Source of the DNA: Gammaproteobacteria bacterium
Lineage (GTDB): Bacteria; Pseudomonadota; Gammaproteobacteria; GCA-002705445; GCA-002716945
Direction of reading: 5' to 3'
Length of the DNA stretch: 64,000 bases
Assembly (NCBI GenBank): GCA_029246085.1
Contig: JAQWOB010000003.1
Coordinates: forward strand, 7,608-71,607
Positions 28,784 to 39,605 of this stretch are shown in pieces (positions within the stretch are counted from its first letter, which is position 1; each line of letters starts with the position of its first letter). A model generated the notes under the pieces. It saw only the letters and a list, made by a program, of their open reading frames with translations, ran no database searches and was not told where the DNA came from. Position numbers and translations under genes: made by a program.

Positions 28784-29394
28784 TAGGAATGTATTTTATA
28801 ATTCTCAGTAGTAAAAAATGGTTCTTTAATTTTTTTATGACTGGTCATTATTAGCGCGCCACCATTTTCTAAATATTCTTTAGTGGTATCGTTAAAAATA
28901 TTTATTGATTCCTCATCTAGTGCACTATACGGTTCATCGATAACCCATAATAGAGAATTTGTGATCAAAGTTTTCATTAAAGAAACTTTCTTTTGTTGGC
29001 CATGGGATAAATTTTTTGTTAGCATACTTTTCTGCTGAGTCATCTTATAAGTCTCCAATGCTTTCTTAATTGCTAGTTGGGAGTTTTTAGAATTAATAGT
29101 TAAAGCATAAGATAAATTTTCTTCAACAGTAAGGTTGCCTTTAGTTCCATATTTGTGACCAATATAAATTGTTTTTTTAAAAAGATCTTCATCCCCACTG
29201 ATATTTTTGATAAATCCTGAGGTTGGCTCTGTCATTCCAACAATTATTTTTAATAGCGATGTTTTTCCAGAACCATTTAACCCATACAAGTTTAATGCTT
29301 TCGATTTTTTTATTTGGAATGATATGTTTTCTAAAATAGATTTCTCATTCCTCAATAAGGATACATTGTCTATTTCAATTAAATGATTATCCAT
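28783..29394 (-). CDS. ccmA: heme ABC exporter ATP-binding protein
   Basis: GLNGSGKT, YIGH, LSHGQQKK, LWVIDEP, TSH; upstream of ccmB. Confidence 0.92.
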   Translation of the reverse strand: MDNHLIEIDNVSLLRNEKSILENISFQIKKSKALNLYGLNGSGKTSLLKIIVGMTEPTSGFIKNISGDEDLFKKTIYIGHKYGTKGNLTVEENLSYALTINSKNSQLAIKKALETYKMTQQKSMLTKNLSHGQQKKVSLMKTLITNSLLWVIDEPYSALDEESINIFNDTTKEYLENGGALIMTSHKKIKEPFFTTENYKIHS

Positions 29395-29941
29395 TCTGAT
29401 AAGTCTTGGTGAAAGTTATTACCGTATAAGGTATTAACCCATTATTAACTAGTTTTTCTTCAGGCACTAATCGATCTTTTAACACAATAATTCCATCAGG
29501 GTCAGAGTAAACATATTCACCTTCCTGGAAATTTATATTTGCAAAATTTAAGGCTTTCTTATATTCACCTATATTATTTTTTTGGCTTTTTATGGGCATA
29601 GTATTTATTGCTTTTATCCCAATTGGAATATTATTGATGATTTCTGAGTCTCTAATGCACCCATTAATAATAAAGCCAGACCATCCATTTTCGAATGCTT
29701 TTATTGCTAGGTTATCGCCTAGTAGAGCACATTTGGTAGATGCTTTCCCCTCTACAACCATAACGTCACCATCAACTTTTTCTTCAACTAGCTTTTTGAC
29801 ATATGAATTATCTTCTATAGCAATCACTGTTCTAATCATCCCATGGAATTTTTTATTTTTTCCATATGACTTAAAGATTGGATCTCCTATTTGAACATCA
29901 TCATTTTCATCACAAATATCTGCAGTATTAAATAAAATCAT
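29387..29941 (-). CDS. rraA: RraA family protein (RNase E inhibitor / HMG aldolase-like)
   Basis: TADICD, EDNS, ALLGD..A..A..NGW.G.IINGCIRD, D.DGI. Confidence 0.9.
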   Translation of the reverse strand: MILFNTADICDENDDVQIGDPIFKSYGKNKKFHGMIRTVIAIEDNSYVKKLVEEKVDGDVMVVEGKASTKCALLGDNLAIKAFENGWSGFIINGCIRDSEIINNIPIGIKAINTMPIKSQKNNIGEYKKALNFANINFQEGEYVYSDPDGIIVLKDRLVPEEKLVNNGLIPYTVITFTKTYQNG

Positions 29942-31191
29942 ATACTTACTCTCTTCCTTAAGTTTCTAAGTATTATTAAAGCAGGAAATGCTATCAGTGA
30001 ACAGAAAATAAAGTAATATTCCCATCCTAAAATTTCGACTAAGAATCCAGATGAGCCTGAAAACAAAGTTCTTGGAAGAGACATTATTGCGGTCATTAGA
30101 GCAAACTGTGTTGCCGTAAACTGTTTATTGGTCATATTAGCTATGAATGCTAAATATGCTGTATAACCCATTCCAGCAGCAAGGTTTTCTAATGTTATAA
30201 CGCTTGCTAATAACATTAAACTTTTAGTTGAAATAGCAAGTACTACAAAACCTAATGTTGCTATTGCTTGAAATATCCCAAATGATACTAATGATTTATA
30301 TAGCCCAATCTTAATTGACAAGAGACCACCAATGAATGCCCCAGCTAGTGTTGCTATAAGACCAAATACTTTAACAACTGTGCCGATCTCTGTTTTCGTA
30401 TAACCCATCTCTAGATAAAAATTTGTACTTAATGAGTGCGCCATTGTGTCACCAATCTTGTATAACAAGATAAACAATAAAATTAAAATAGGTATAGAGA
30501 TATTATTATTTATGCTGTCTCCATGTCTTTTAAAAAATTCTACAAATGGATTTCTAACAGCATCTAAAAATGTTGATGGCTCTGAAAAATTAACTGGCTC
30601 ATCAGCAATTAAAGTAATTAAAACACCACCAATCATTACTAATGCCATAATTAAGTACACAAATTGATAAGACATCAAGTCAGCAAGTATTAAACCACCA
30701 GCACCAGCACTTAGCATCCCTATGCGGTAACCTAGAACATAAGATGATGCGCCTAGAACTTGCTCATTATCTGATAACGATTCCCTTCTATATGCATCAA
30801 TGACGATATCTTGTGATGCAGAAAAAAACGTTACGAATATCGCAAGCAATGCAACATTGGCCGCATTCATTGCAGGACTTGTCATGCCTAGTCCTATTAT
30901 TGAGAATATCAGTAAGACTTGAGTTATCAATATCCAGCCTCGTCGACGTCCAAGCTTTGATATAACATATCTATCGAATATTGGGGCCCAGAGGAATTTT
31001 AATGAATACGGGACTCCCACCAATGCAAATAAACCAATTGTGGACTTTGATACACCTTCATCAGTTAACCAAGCTTGCAACAAAGTTATTGTTAATAGCA
31101 GTGGAACGCCAGAAACAAAACCCATTCCTAATGTTATTAGCATTTTTTTTTCTAAATATGGAGAAATATTTTTTAGCATCTTATATATCAT
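29938..31191 (-). CDS. ampG: muropeptide MFS permease AmpG
   Basis: GF.SG.P, PYSLKFLWAP, GRRRGW, SASQDIVIDAYR, FTATQFAL. Confidence 0.95.
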   Translation of the reverse strand: MIYKMLKNISPYLEKKMLITLGMGFVSGVPLLLTITLLQAWLTDEGVSKSTIGLFALVGVPYSLKFLWAPIFDRYVISKLGRRRGWILITQVLLIFSIIGLGMTSPAMNAANVALLAIFVTFFSASQDIVIDAYRRESLSDNEQVLGASSYVLGYRIGMLSAGAGGLILADLMSYQFVYLIMALVMIGGVLITLIADEPVNFSEPSTFLDAVRNPFVEFFKRHGDSINNNISIPILILLFILLYKIGDTMAHSLSTNFYLEMGYTKTEIGTVVKVFGLIATLAGAFIGGLLSIKIGLYKSLVSFGIFQAIATLGFVVLAISTKSLMLLASVITLENLAAGMGYTAYLAFIANMTNKQFTATQFALMTAIMSLPRTLFSGSSGFLVEILGWEYYFIFCSLIAFPALIILRNLRKRVSI

Positions 31192-31948
31192 AATCTATTA
31201 TTAATGGGCTATGGTCTGAAAATCTTTCTTTTTTATAAATATCTGCTGATAATATTGCTATATTTTTTTGCGAAGAGAGCATTTGATAATCTATTCTCCA
31301 GCCCACATTATTATCCCAAGCTCGACCTCTATTTGACCACCATGTATAATTATCTGGCTTATCATTGATAAATCGAAATGCATCTACACAATTGTAGTGA
31401 TTAATTATTTTATCTATCCAGGCTCTTTCCTCCGGTAAAAATCCAGAATTTTTTTTATTCCCCTTCCAGTTTTTAATATCAATTTCTTTATGTGCAATAT
31501 TCCAGTCACCACAAATTAAAATTGGCTTATTTCCTTTTTTTATCTTTTTTAAATATGATTCAAACTTTGACATAAACTGATATTTTAATTCTTGTCTTAT
31601 TTCACCTGAAGACCCTGATGGAAAATATATAGAGATTATCTTTAGTTTATTTAGCTCTAATTCTATAAACCTGCCTTCACTTGTAAATAGTTTTGACCCA
31701 AAATTTTTATTTATATTTTTTGGAGTTTCTTTTGTATAAATACATACTCCGCTATAACCCTTTTTTTCAGCAACTGACATATATCTTTTGTAACCAGTAA
31801 TATTGAAATCATCAGAGCTAATTTGGTCTTCTAATGCTCTAACCTCTTGGAAGCATATTAAGTCTGGTTTTACTTTTTTTAGCCATTTAAACAAACCTTT
31901 CTTTTGACTTGCCCTGATGCCACATACATTTAATGTTAAAACTTTCAT
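31181..31948 (-). CDS. exodeoxyribonuclease III paralog (at the pyrE-adjacent, crc-syntenic locus)
   Basis: KKGYSGV, YFPSGSSG, GDWNIAH, SGFLPEER, WWSNRG, GWRIDYQ, SDH. Confidence 0.92.
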   Translation of the reverse strand: MKVLTLNVCGIRASQKKGLFKWLKKVKPDLICFQEVRALEDQISSDDFNITGYKRYMSVAEKKGYSGVCIYTKETPKNINKNFGSKLFTSEGRFIELELNKLKIISIYFPSGSSGEIRQELKYQFMSKFESYLKKIKKGNKPILICGDWNIAHKEIDIKNWKGNKKNSGFLPEERAWIDKIINHYNCVDAFRFINDKPDNYTWWSNRGRAWDNNVGWRIDYQMLSSQKNIAILSADIYKKERFSDHSPLIIDYDI

Positions 31949-31998
31949 ATTCTTTATTTACACTATGTTAAAATATATAATAAATACTCATAATATTA

Positions 31999-32637
31999 AT
32001 GAACGACCTTAAAAAACAATTTATAGAATTTACATTAGACCATCAAATACTTCGTTTTGGTAATTTTTCTCTTAATTCTGGTAGACAAAGCCCATATTTC
32101 TTTAATACAGGCTTATGTAATACTGGCGAATTACTTGCTAAATTAGCAAAATTTTATTCTGATTTATTAGTAGAAAATAATATAAAATATGATTTTATTT
32201 TTGGCCCTGCTTATAAGGGAATAACATTAGCCACGTCTATTAGTAATAGTTTGTATAATTCTCATAATATTAATAAACCCTTTTGTTTCAATCGAAAAGA
32301 AGCTAAAGCGCATGGAGAAAAGGGTATATTTGTTGGCTCTCCACCAGTAGGTAATGCGCTAATTGTTGATGATGTTATTTCGTCTGGTAAATCAATAATT
32401 GAGTCAATAGATCTTTTGTCAAATAATGATGCAATACCAGCATCTGTTTTAGTTGCTTTTGATAGGATGGAGATTGGGGTAGCCAAAAGGGCTTCAATTG
32501 AGATTTCAGATAAATATAAAATACCAGTGTATTCAATTATTACTCTTGATGATATTGTTGAATTTCTTCAAAGTAACAAGGCAATGGCTTTAGAGTTAGA
32601 GTCAATGACCCAATATATAGCTCAATATAAAAGATAA
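31999..32637 (+). CDS. pyrE: orotate phosphoribosyltransferase
   Basis: SGRQSPYFFN, FGPAYKGI, NRKEAK.HGE.G, IVDDVIS. Confidence 0.97.
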   Translation: MNDLKKQFIEFTLDHQILRFGNFSLNSGRQSPYFFNTGLCNTGELLAKLAKFYSDLLVENNIKYDFIFGPAYKGITLATSISNSLYNSHNINKPFCFNRKEAKAHGEKGIFVGSPPVGNALIVDDVISSGKSIIESIDLLSNNDAIPASVLVAFDRMEIGVAKRASIEISDKYKIPVYSIITLDDIVEFLQSNKAMALELESMTQYIAQYKR

Positions 32638-32639
32638 GT

Positions 32640-33389
32640 TTACATAATTAAACTAACACCTACTATTATAGTAATGGTTTGATAAATAATTTTAATTGTG
32701 CGATTGCTTTTAGATAGTGATATTTTTGCTCCTAAATAACCACCTATCAATGACCCAAAAAATAATGCTGGTAAAAGCATCCATTCTATTTCAGTTACCA
32801 AACCCAAGGTGATTGCCCCCAAAGCATTAAAGAATATTCCAACTATTATTAATGTATATGCAATTGCTTTTTTGTAGTCCATGCCATACCAAGAAATCAA
32901 TACAATCGTAAAAATTAATCCAGTCCCTGCAGATAATGAACCGTTTAGAAAACCAGTTAAAAATATCAATGAATAACCAATTAAATTATTTGCAATAGTA
33001 TTTGAATATTTGTATTCTTTTTCTCCATAATTTTTCATTTTAAATGAATATAGACTTATAAAAATTATTAATATACCTAATAATAATCTGGCAAGTTGAT
33101 CATCAGTAAAAGATATAAGTTGGGCACCTATAAATACCCCAGGTAAACCAGCTAATAATAATTTTATGAGTAAATATTTTTTAAAAGAAATAGTTTTGGC
33201 AAATTTACTTGTTGCGCCAATGCCTAATGCGACAGTTGCTATTTTATGTACTGCTAATGCATTTATAAAAGGAATATTGAATAATAATAATATTGCAGGT
33301 AACTGGATTACACCTGCTCCACCTCCAGAAAATGCAGAAAAAATATTTGAAATAAGTGATATTGCTAGTAAACAGATTTGTTCAAACAA
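32640..33389 (-). CDS. sulfite exporter TauE/SafE (TSUP) family membrane protein
   Basis: Two hydrophobic repeats with GGGAG..QLP and GSLSAGTG motifs. Confidence 0.85.
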   Translation of the reverse strand: MFEQICLLAISLISNIFSAFSGGGAGVIQLPAILLLFNIPFINALAVHKIATVALGIGATSKFAKTISFKKYLLIKLLLAGLPGVFIGAQLISFTDDQLARLLLGILIIFISLYSFKMKNYGEKEYKYSNTIANNLIGYSLIFLTGFLNGSLSAGTGLIFTIVLISWYGMDYKKAIAYTLIIVGIFFNALGAITLGLVTEIEWMLLPALFFGSLIGGYLGAKISLSKSNRTIKIIYQTITIIVGVSLIM

Positions 33390-33390
33390 A

Positions 33391-34290
33391 TTACTTCCTT
33401 CGTATCATTGTGCCTATACCTGCGTCTGTAAATAATTCTAATAAAACAGAATGGTCAACTGTCCCATCAATTATCTGAACATGCTCCACCCCCGAGGCAA
33501 CAGCTTCTAATGCTGACTCAACCTTTGGCAACATTCCATCAGATATTACTCCGTTTTTAATCAACTCTTTAACTTTTAAGGCATTAATCGATTTAATTAA
33601 ATTACCATCACTATCCAAAATCCCAGCTGTATTTGTAAGCATTAAATATTTACGAGCTTGGAGTATATATGCTATTTTGCCTGCAACTAAATCAGCATTA
33701 ATATTGTATGTCGCCCCATCATCACCGATTCCAATAGGGGCAATAACTGGTATAAATGGAGAGCCATCTAGTAGACTTACAACTTCTGGATCAATACTTT
33801 GTACTGTACCAGTATTTTTAAAATCAATATTTTTGAATTTACCTTCACCAATAACCTTTTTTGCTCTAATTAGACCACCATCTTTTCCCGATAAGCCAAC
33901 AGCCTTACCTCCATGAGATGATATACAGCTAACAATCTCTTTATTTATAAGACCGCCTAAGACCATTTCAATTGGATGTATAGATTCTGAATCAGTAATT
34001 CTCATACCATTAGCAAATTCTGAATCAATTCCAAGCTTTTTTAAGTAAGAAGTAATTTGTGGGCCACCACCATGAACTATTACTGGGTGCAGACCCACCT
34101 GTTTTAATAAGACAACATCTCTCGCAAAATTATTTTTAAGAGTTTCATCAGTCATTGCATGTCCACCAAATTTTATAACTATTACCTTCCCAGATAATTG
34201 TTGAATATATGGCAATGCTTCAATTAATATTTTTGCAGTGATGGGCGTAATTTTATTATCGCCTCTATATATGACTTCTTCTTTTTTCAT
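33391..34290 (-). CDS. argB: acetylglutamate kinase
   Basis: EALPYI, VIKFGG, VHGGGPQI, NINADLVA, GMLPK, ELFT..GIGT. Confidence 0.97.
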   Translation of the reverse strand: MKKEEVIYRGDNKITPITAKILIEALPYIQQLSGKVIVIKFGGHAMTDETLKNNFARDVVLLKQVGLHPVIVHGGGPQITSYLKKLGIDSEFANGMRITDSESIHPIEMVLGGLINKEIVSCISSHGGKAVGLSGKDGGLIRAKKVIGEGKFKNIDFKNTGTVQSIDPEVVSLLDGSPFIPVIAPIGIGDDGATYNINADLVAGKIAYILQARKYLMLTNTAGILDSDGNLIKSINALKVKELIKNGVISDGMLPKVESALEAVASGVEHVQIIDGTVDHSVLLELFTDAGIGTMIRRK

Positions 34291-34296
34291 ATTTCC

Positions 34297-35679
34297 TCAG
34301 AAAGGTATTTTTATATTATTATCAACCATTAACATATTCTTTTTTACTATGCCCTGAATCTTGTTCAGAATACTTTTATTATCTGCCTCAAATCTCAATA
34401 CTAAGTTAGATGAAGTGTTAGAACATCTTATCAAAGCCCAGCCATCTGGATATATTATTTTCAATCCATCAATATCAATAATACTAGCATTATCGAATTT
34501 CGTTAGTTTTGCAAATAAATCCATGAAAGTAAAATGATTATTGCCAGAGAATGGTATATTAATTTCAGGCGTCGTTACTGATACTGGTAAATCATTCAGT
34601 ATTTCTTCATAATTTTCATTATTAGATAGTATTTCTAATAATCTTATCGATGCATATATACCATCATCAAAGCCTTTCCATTTATCAGCAAAGAATATAT
34701 GTCCACTCATCTCGCCCCCCAACAATGCCTTTTCTTTAATCATTGCTTTTTTTATGAAGGAATGACCAGTCCTGGAAAGCACTGGAATACCATTATTTTT
34801 TATAATTTCATCTTCAAGATGCTTTGTACATTTTACATCATAAACAATTTTTGCATCTCTATTATTTTTTAAAATACTTCGGCTAAATAGTATCATAAGC
34901 TGATCAGGCCAAATAATATCTCCATTGCCTTTTAAAGCAATTATTCTGTCACCATCTCCATCATATGCGAACCCAATACTAGATTTATTGCTTTTTATTT
35001 CATCTTTTAGCTGAACTAAATTTTTTTCATTAGAAGTGTCTGGAGGATGATTTGGAAAATTTCCATCAACACTTTCATTTATTATATATGCATTAATTTT
35101 AAATGCAGAAAAAATACTTTTAGCAACAGCTCCTGTTACTCCATTACCGCAATCAATCGATACATTAAAAGGAAAATCTATACTAATGTCTGCTGTAATC
35201 TTTTTAATGTATTGTTCAAGTATATCTTCATTATAAATAATTTTTCCTTGTCTACCATTAGATTCAAATTTTTTAGAGATTATTAAGTCATAGAGCTCTA
35301 GAATATATTTATCAAACAAAGTCATACCATTAATGACCATTTTTATTCCATTAAAGTTTTTTGGGTTATGACTTCCAGTTATCATTAACCCATTATCAAT
35401 ATCTAGGTCATATAATGAAAAATATAAAAGTGGAGTAGGTAGCATTCCAATATCTATTACATCGACACCAGTTGATATTATGCCTTCAATTAGATTTTTC
35501 TTCAGTGATTTTCCTGATAATCTTCCGTCCATGCAGACACTAACTTTTTTTATTTTTGAAACTTCTAATATTTTCGTTCCTAAAGCTTTGCCGAGAAGAT
35601 TATACAGTTCCTCATTAATTTGCTCAGGATATTGGCCTCTAATATCATAAGCTCTAAATACTTCTTTTGAAATATTCAA
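34297..35679 (-). CDS. algC: phosphomannomutase/phosphoglucomutase
   Basis: FRAYDIRG, TGSHNP, DGDGDR, GEMSGH, R.SNT; dut-algC-argB synteny. Confidence 0.93.
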   Translation of the reverse strand: MNISKEVFRAYDIRGQYPEQINEELYNLLGKALGTKILEVSKIKKVSVCMDGRLSGKSLKKNLIEGIISTGVDVIDIGMLPTPLLYFSLYDLDIDNGLMITGSHNPKNFNGIKMVINGMTLFDKYILELYDLIISKKFESNGRQGKIIYNEDILEQYIKKITADISIDFPFNVSIDCGNGVTGAVAKSIFSAFKINAYIINESVDGNFPNHPPDTSNEKNLVQLKDEIKSNKSSIGFAYDGDGDRIIALKGNGDIIWPDQLMILFSRSILKNNRDAKIVYDVKCTKHLEDEIIKNNGIPVLSRTGHSFIKKAMIKEKALLGGEMSGHIFFADKWKGFDDGIYASIRLLEILSNNENYEEILNDLPVSVTTPEINIPFSGNNHFTFMDLFAKLTKFDNASIIDIDGLKIIYPDGWALIRCSNTSSNLVLRFEADNKSILNKIQGIVKKNMLMVDNNIKIPF

Positions 35680-35681
35680 CC

Positions 35682-36131
35682 TTATGTTCTCCCTGACGAG
35701 CCAAAACCACCTTCGCCTCTTTCTGTTTCATCAAAATCTTGTACTAGTTCAAACTTTGGCTGATCAACGGTAATAAATAGTAATTGAGCGATTCTATCAT
35801 ATGGGTTAATTTTGAATTCAGTATTACCCCTGTTCCAACAGGAAACAAAAAGCTGGCCTTGATAGTCTGAATCTATAAGGCCTACTAAGTTACCCAAGAC
35901 TATTCCATGTTTATGGCCTAGCCCAGATCTAGGAAGTATTAATGCTGCATGAGCATTATCATCTATAAAGATGGCAACGCCAGTTGGTATTAATTCAGTC
36001 TGGTTGGGGAGTAATATTAGCGTACTATCTAATGAAGCTCTTAAGTCAAGACCAGCAGAACCAGGCGTAGAAAACGATGGCATATCTTTCAAGTTTTTAT
36101 CCAAGATTTTGATCTTAACTTTTCTTAGCAT
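35682..36131 (-). CDS. dut: dUTP diphosphatase
   Basis: [32 protein letters not shown]. Confidence 0.98.
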   Translation of the reverse strand: MLRKVKIKILDKNLKDMPSFSTPGSAGLDLRASLDSTLILLPNQTELIPTGVAIFIDDNAHAALILPRSGLGHKHGIVLGNLVGLIDSDYQGQLFVSCWNRGNTEFKINPYDRIAQLLFITVDQPKFELVQDFDETERGEGGFGSSGRT

Positions 36132-37350
36132 TATTTTTAACTAGCTGAAGTTTATTTGAATATTCTATAGCTATAAAATCTAAAATTTTATTAGCGATAT
36201 TTGATTTTTTATCATAGCTAATTTTTTTTGAATTTGTATTAGATAGTATTGTCACTTCATTGTAGTCTGATTCAAAACCTAGTTTTAATTCATGATTCGC
36301 AATATTTCCGACTATTATATCAAGATTTTTCTTTGCTAATTTTTGTTGTGCATTTTCTTTTAAACTATTTGTTTCAGCAGCAAAGCCTACAGTAAAAAGA
36401 TTTTTATATTTTTTAGATATAGTTTCCAATATATCTATGCCTCTAGTAAATTCTATAGTAATATTGTTTTTATTTTTTTTATACTTTATATCTGAATAAT
36501 TGGCTGGCTTATAGTCTGCGATAGCAGCTGTTGAAATAAAAATATCAAAATCAGAAACTTTTTCCTTAACAGCTTCATACATCTCTGATGAAGTTTCCAC
36601 ATATGTTGTTCTTATATCTGTAATAGGATTTAACATAACTGGGCCTGATATTAGTTCTACATTAGCTCCTTTTGCCTTTGCAGCCATTGCAATAGCATAT
36701 CCCATTTTGCCTGAACTATAATTACTCATAAATCTTACTGGGTCTATGGGTTCTCTTGTGGGACCAGCAGTAATAAGAATTCTACTTCCTGATAACTGAG
36801 ATGTTTTGCTCTGTTCCTTAATTTTTTCTATTATTTCCTCAGGGTGAGTCATTCTCCCATAACCTATATCTCCACACGCATGGCTACCATAATTTGGTCC
36901 AATTATTTTTATATCTGCATTATTAAGTTTTTCAATACTTGCCTGAGTTACTTTATTGTTCCACATATCGGGATTCATCGCGGGTGCAATACATAATGAT
37001 TTAGTAAATGCTAAACATATTGTAGACAGCAAGCCATCTCCATGACCATTTGCTAGTTTATTCATGAAGTTTGCAGTACATGGGGCTATAAGAATTACAT
37101 CTGCCCATTTAGCTAAGTCAAGATGTGTAAAATTAGTTAAAGTATTTGACCCTTCATCTTCAGAGATCACTTTATTTCCAGATAAAGACTCAAGAGTTGT
37201 TTCTGTTATAAATAGTTCAGAGCTTTTTGTCATTACAACTTTTACATTGCAGCCCTCTTTTTTTAATCTACTGGTAATATCAGCTGCTTTATATGCAGCT
37301 ATACTTCCAGTAATACCGAGTAAAATATTTTTTTCAGTTAGTATGTTCAT
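36115..37350 (-). CDS. coaBC: phosphopantothenoylcysteine decarboxylase/ligase
   Basis: [54 protein letters not shown]. Confidence 0.97.
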   Translation of the reverse strand: MNILTEKNILLGITGSIAAYKAADITSRLKKEGCNVKVVMTKSSELFITETTLESLSGNKVISEDEGSNTLTNFTHLDLAKWADVILIAPCTANFMNKLANGHGDGLLSTICLAFTKSLCIAPAMNPDMWNNKVTQASIEKLNNADIKIIGPNYGSHACGDIGYGRMTHPEEIIEKIKEQSKTSQLSGSRILITAGPTREPIDPVRFMSNYSSGKMGYAIAMAAKAKGANVELISGPVMLNPITDIRTTYVETSSEMYEAVKEKVSDFDIFISTAAIADYKPANYSDIKYKKNKNNITIEFTRGIDILETISKKYKNLFTVGFAAETNSLKENAQQKLAKKNLDIIVGNIANHELKLGFESDYNEVTILSNTNSKKISYDKKSNIANKILDFIAIEYSNKLQLVKNNAKKS

Positions 37351-37373
37351 ATCAATTTATTATTAAATTTTCA

Positions 37374-38531
37374 TTATTTAATAGTATTTAAAAATTCTAC
37401 TAATGATTGTATTTGTTTTTTGCTATGACCGCTAGTTAAATTAATCCTAATAAGGTCATGATTCATAGGCACTGTTGGATATCTTATCCCTTGTATAAAT
37501 ATATTTAATTTTTTTGCTCTTTTACAGATATCCATCACTTCTTTTGGATTGCCAACTGTCATAGTTTGAATAGGTGTATTAGAATTATTTATATTTACTT
37601 TAAATATTTTTATGAGCTTCTTGAAATAAGCAATATTAGAATATAAATTTTTAACTATTTTTTTATCATCCATTATCATGTTTATGCTTTCTAAAGTAGT
37701 TTCTACCAAGGCAGGAGGCAATGCTGTAGAATAAATATATGGTTTAGATTTTTGAATAAGCAAGTCTATTAATCCCTTAGAGCCACAAACAAAAGCACCA
37801 AATGTTCCAACAGCTTTTCCAAAAGTCGCTACATATGCATCAATTTTTATTTTACCTAAATTTAAATGATTAATAGAGCTAGGAAATTTTTTTTCATTTT
37901 CTCTTAAAACACCAAAGCCATGAGCGTCATCAATAAAGAGTAATGCTTTATGTCTTTTTGCAATTGATGAAATTTTGAGTAAATCGGCCTGCTCTCCAGT
38001 CATACTGAATACAGTATCTGTAAATATAATTTTTGTTGGAGATTTTATCTTCTGTATTTTATCTTCTAGATCAGAATAGTCAAGATGTTTATACCTTACT
38101 AGTTTTGTTTTTGAAAGCCTTGAACTTTCTATAATAGAGTTATGATTTCCTTTATCTTGAAAGATAGTAATTTCATTTTCTGAAATAGCATTAATTAAAC
38201 CTACATTGGTCAAATATCCAGAGTTAGATACTAATGTAGATTCAAAGCCTAGCAATTTAGTTATACATTTTTCAAGACTTTCATGAGCTTTGCTGTAACC
38301 GCTTATTAGCGGGGATGCTCCCGAACCAATACCATACTCATCTACACACTTTTTTAATTTTATTTTAAGTTTTTTATTATTTGCTAAATTTAAGTAATTG
38401 TTACTAGAGAAATTATTTAATATTTTCCCAGAAACTTTTATTAATGAGTCTTGGGCAGACTCAGTAGCCACTCTATTTCTATAATTGTTATCTTTTTTTA
38501 AATTTAAGATTATATTTTTAAAATCAGGCAC
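37374..38531 (-). CDS. bioF: 8-amino-7-oxononanoate synthase
   Basis: NFSSNNYL, SGY..N, FSM.G, DDAHGFG, TFGKAVG, IRYPTVP. Confidence 0.93.
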   Translation of the reverse strand: MPDFKNIILNLKKDNNYRNRVATESAQDSLIKVSGKILNNFSSNNYLNLANNKKLKIKLKKCVDEYGIGSGASPLISGYSKAHESLEKCITKLLGFESTLVSNSGYLTNVGLINAISENEITIFQDKGNHNSIIESSRLSKTKLVRYKHLDYSDLEDKIQKIKSPTKIIFTDTVFSMTGEQADLLKISSIAKRHKALLFIDDAHGFGVLRENEKKFPSSINHLNLGKIKIDAYVATFGKAVGTFGAFVCGSKGLIDLLIQKSKPYIYSTALPPALVETTLESINMIMDDKKIVKNLYSNIAYFKKLIKIFKVNINNSNTPIQTMTVGNPKEVMDICKRAKKLNIFIQGIRYPTVPMNHDLIRINLTSGHSKKQIQSLVEFLNTIK

Positions 38532-38537
38532 TTATTT

Positions 38538-39605
38538 TTATGATGCATGTGGTTTTTGAATATTATTAATAGCTATAGGTATATCTTTTAATTTTTTTTC
38601 AGTAGGAAGCTCATCTGACTCAATCTTCTCAGAACTATTTGAGTTACCCATTGTATTAATTTGTAACTTTTTAAGAAGTTTACGGTCATGATCTATTGTT
38701 GAATTTTTTGTAGTTAATAATTCTTCGCCATAAAAAATTGAATTTGCACCTGCAAAAAAACATAATGCTTGCATTTGGTCATTCATCGCATCTCTTCCTG
38801 CCGATAATCTAACATAAGCTTTTGGCATTGCAATTCTAGCTAGCGCTATAACTCGAATAAAATCAAATTCATCTACATCAAAATTGTCAAAATATGGAGT
38901 CCCTTCAACTTTCACTAATCTATTTATTGGTACTGACTCTGGATGTACTTCTAGGTTAGCTAAAACTTGAATTAATTTTACTCTGTCTATATTTTCCTCT
39001 CCTAGGCCCAATATCCCTCCACTACATACTTTGACTCCAGCATCTCTAACATGTTTTAAAGTATCAAGTCTGTCCTGATATGTACGAGTAGTAACAACTT
39101 TTTTATAATACTCTTCTGAAGTATCTAGATTGTGATTATAGTAATCTAGTCCTACTTCTTTTAATTCTTCTGCTTGAGTTCCGGAAAGCATCCCTAGCGT
39201 GACACATGTTTCCAAACCCAGATCTTTAACTTCTTTTACCATTTCTTTGACTTTTGCTAGATTACTTTTAGTTAAATTTCTCCAAGCTGCGCCCATGCAG
39301 AATCTAGTTGCTCCGCTTTCTTTGGCATCTTTGGCTTGTTTTATGATATCTGACAAGGGTAATGTTTTTTCAAGATTTATATCGGTATCATACCGTATGC
39401 TTTGAGAGCAGTATTTACAATCTTCCGGGCAGCCACCTGTTTTTATAGACATTAATGTAGATATTTGAATTTCATTTGGATTATGATATTTTCTATGTAA
39501 TTCATGGGATCTCCATAGCAAATCATTAAATGGCAAATCGTATAGTTTTTGCAATTCAAGAACTGTCCAATCATTTTTAATATCAAGATTTTTCATATTA
39601 TTCAA
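38538..39605 (-). CDS. bioB: biotin synthase
   Basis: [15 protein letters not shown] radical-SAM motif, [20 protein letters not shown]. Confidence 0.98.
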   Translation of the reverse strand: MNNMKNLDIKNDWTVLELQKLYDLPFNDLLWRSHELHRKYHNPNEIQISTLMSIKTGGCPEDCKYCSQSIRYDTDINLEKTLPLSDIIKQAKDAKESGATRFCMGAAWRNLTKSNLAKVKEMVKEVKDLGLETCVTLGMLSGTQAEELKEVGLDYYNHNLDTSEEYYKKVVTTRTYQDRLDTLKHVRDAGVKVCSGGILGLGEENIDRVKLIQVLANLEVHPESVPINRLVKVEGTPYFDNFDVDEFDFIRVIALARIAMPKAYVRLSAGRDAMNDQMQALCFFAGANSIFYGEELLTTKNSTIDHDRKLLKKLQINTMGNSNSSEKIESDELPTEKKLKDIPIAINNIQKPHAS

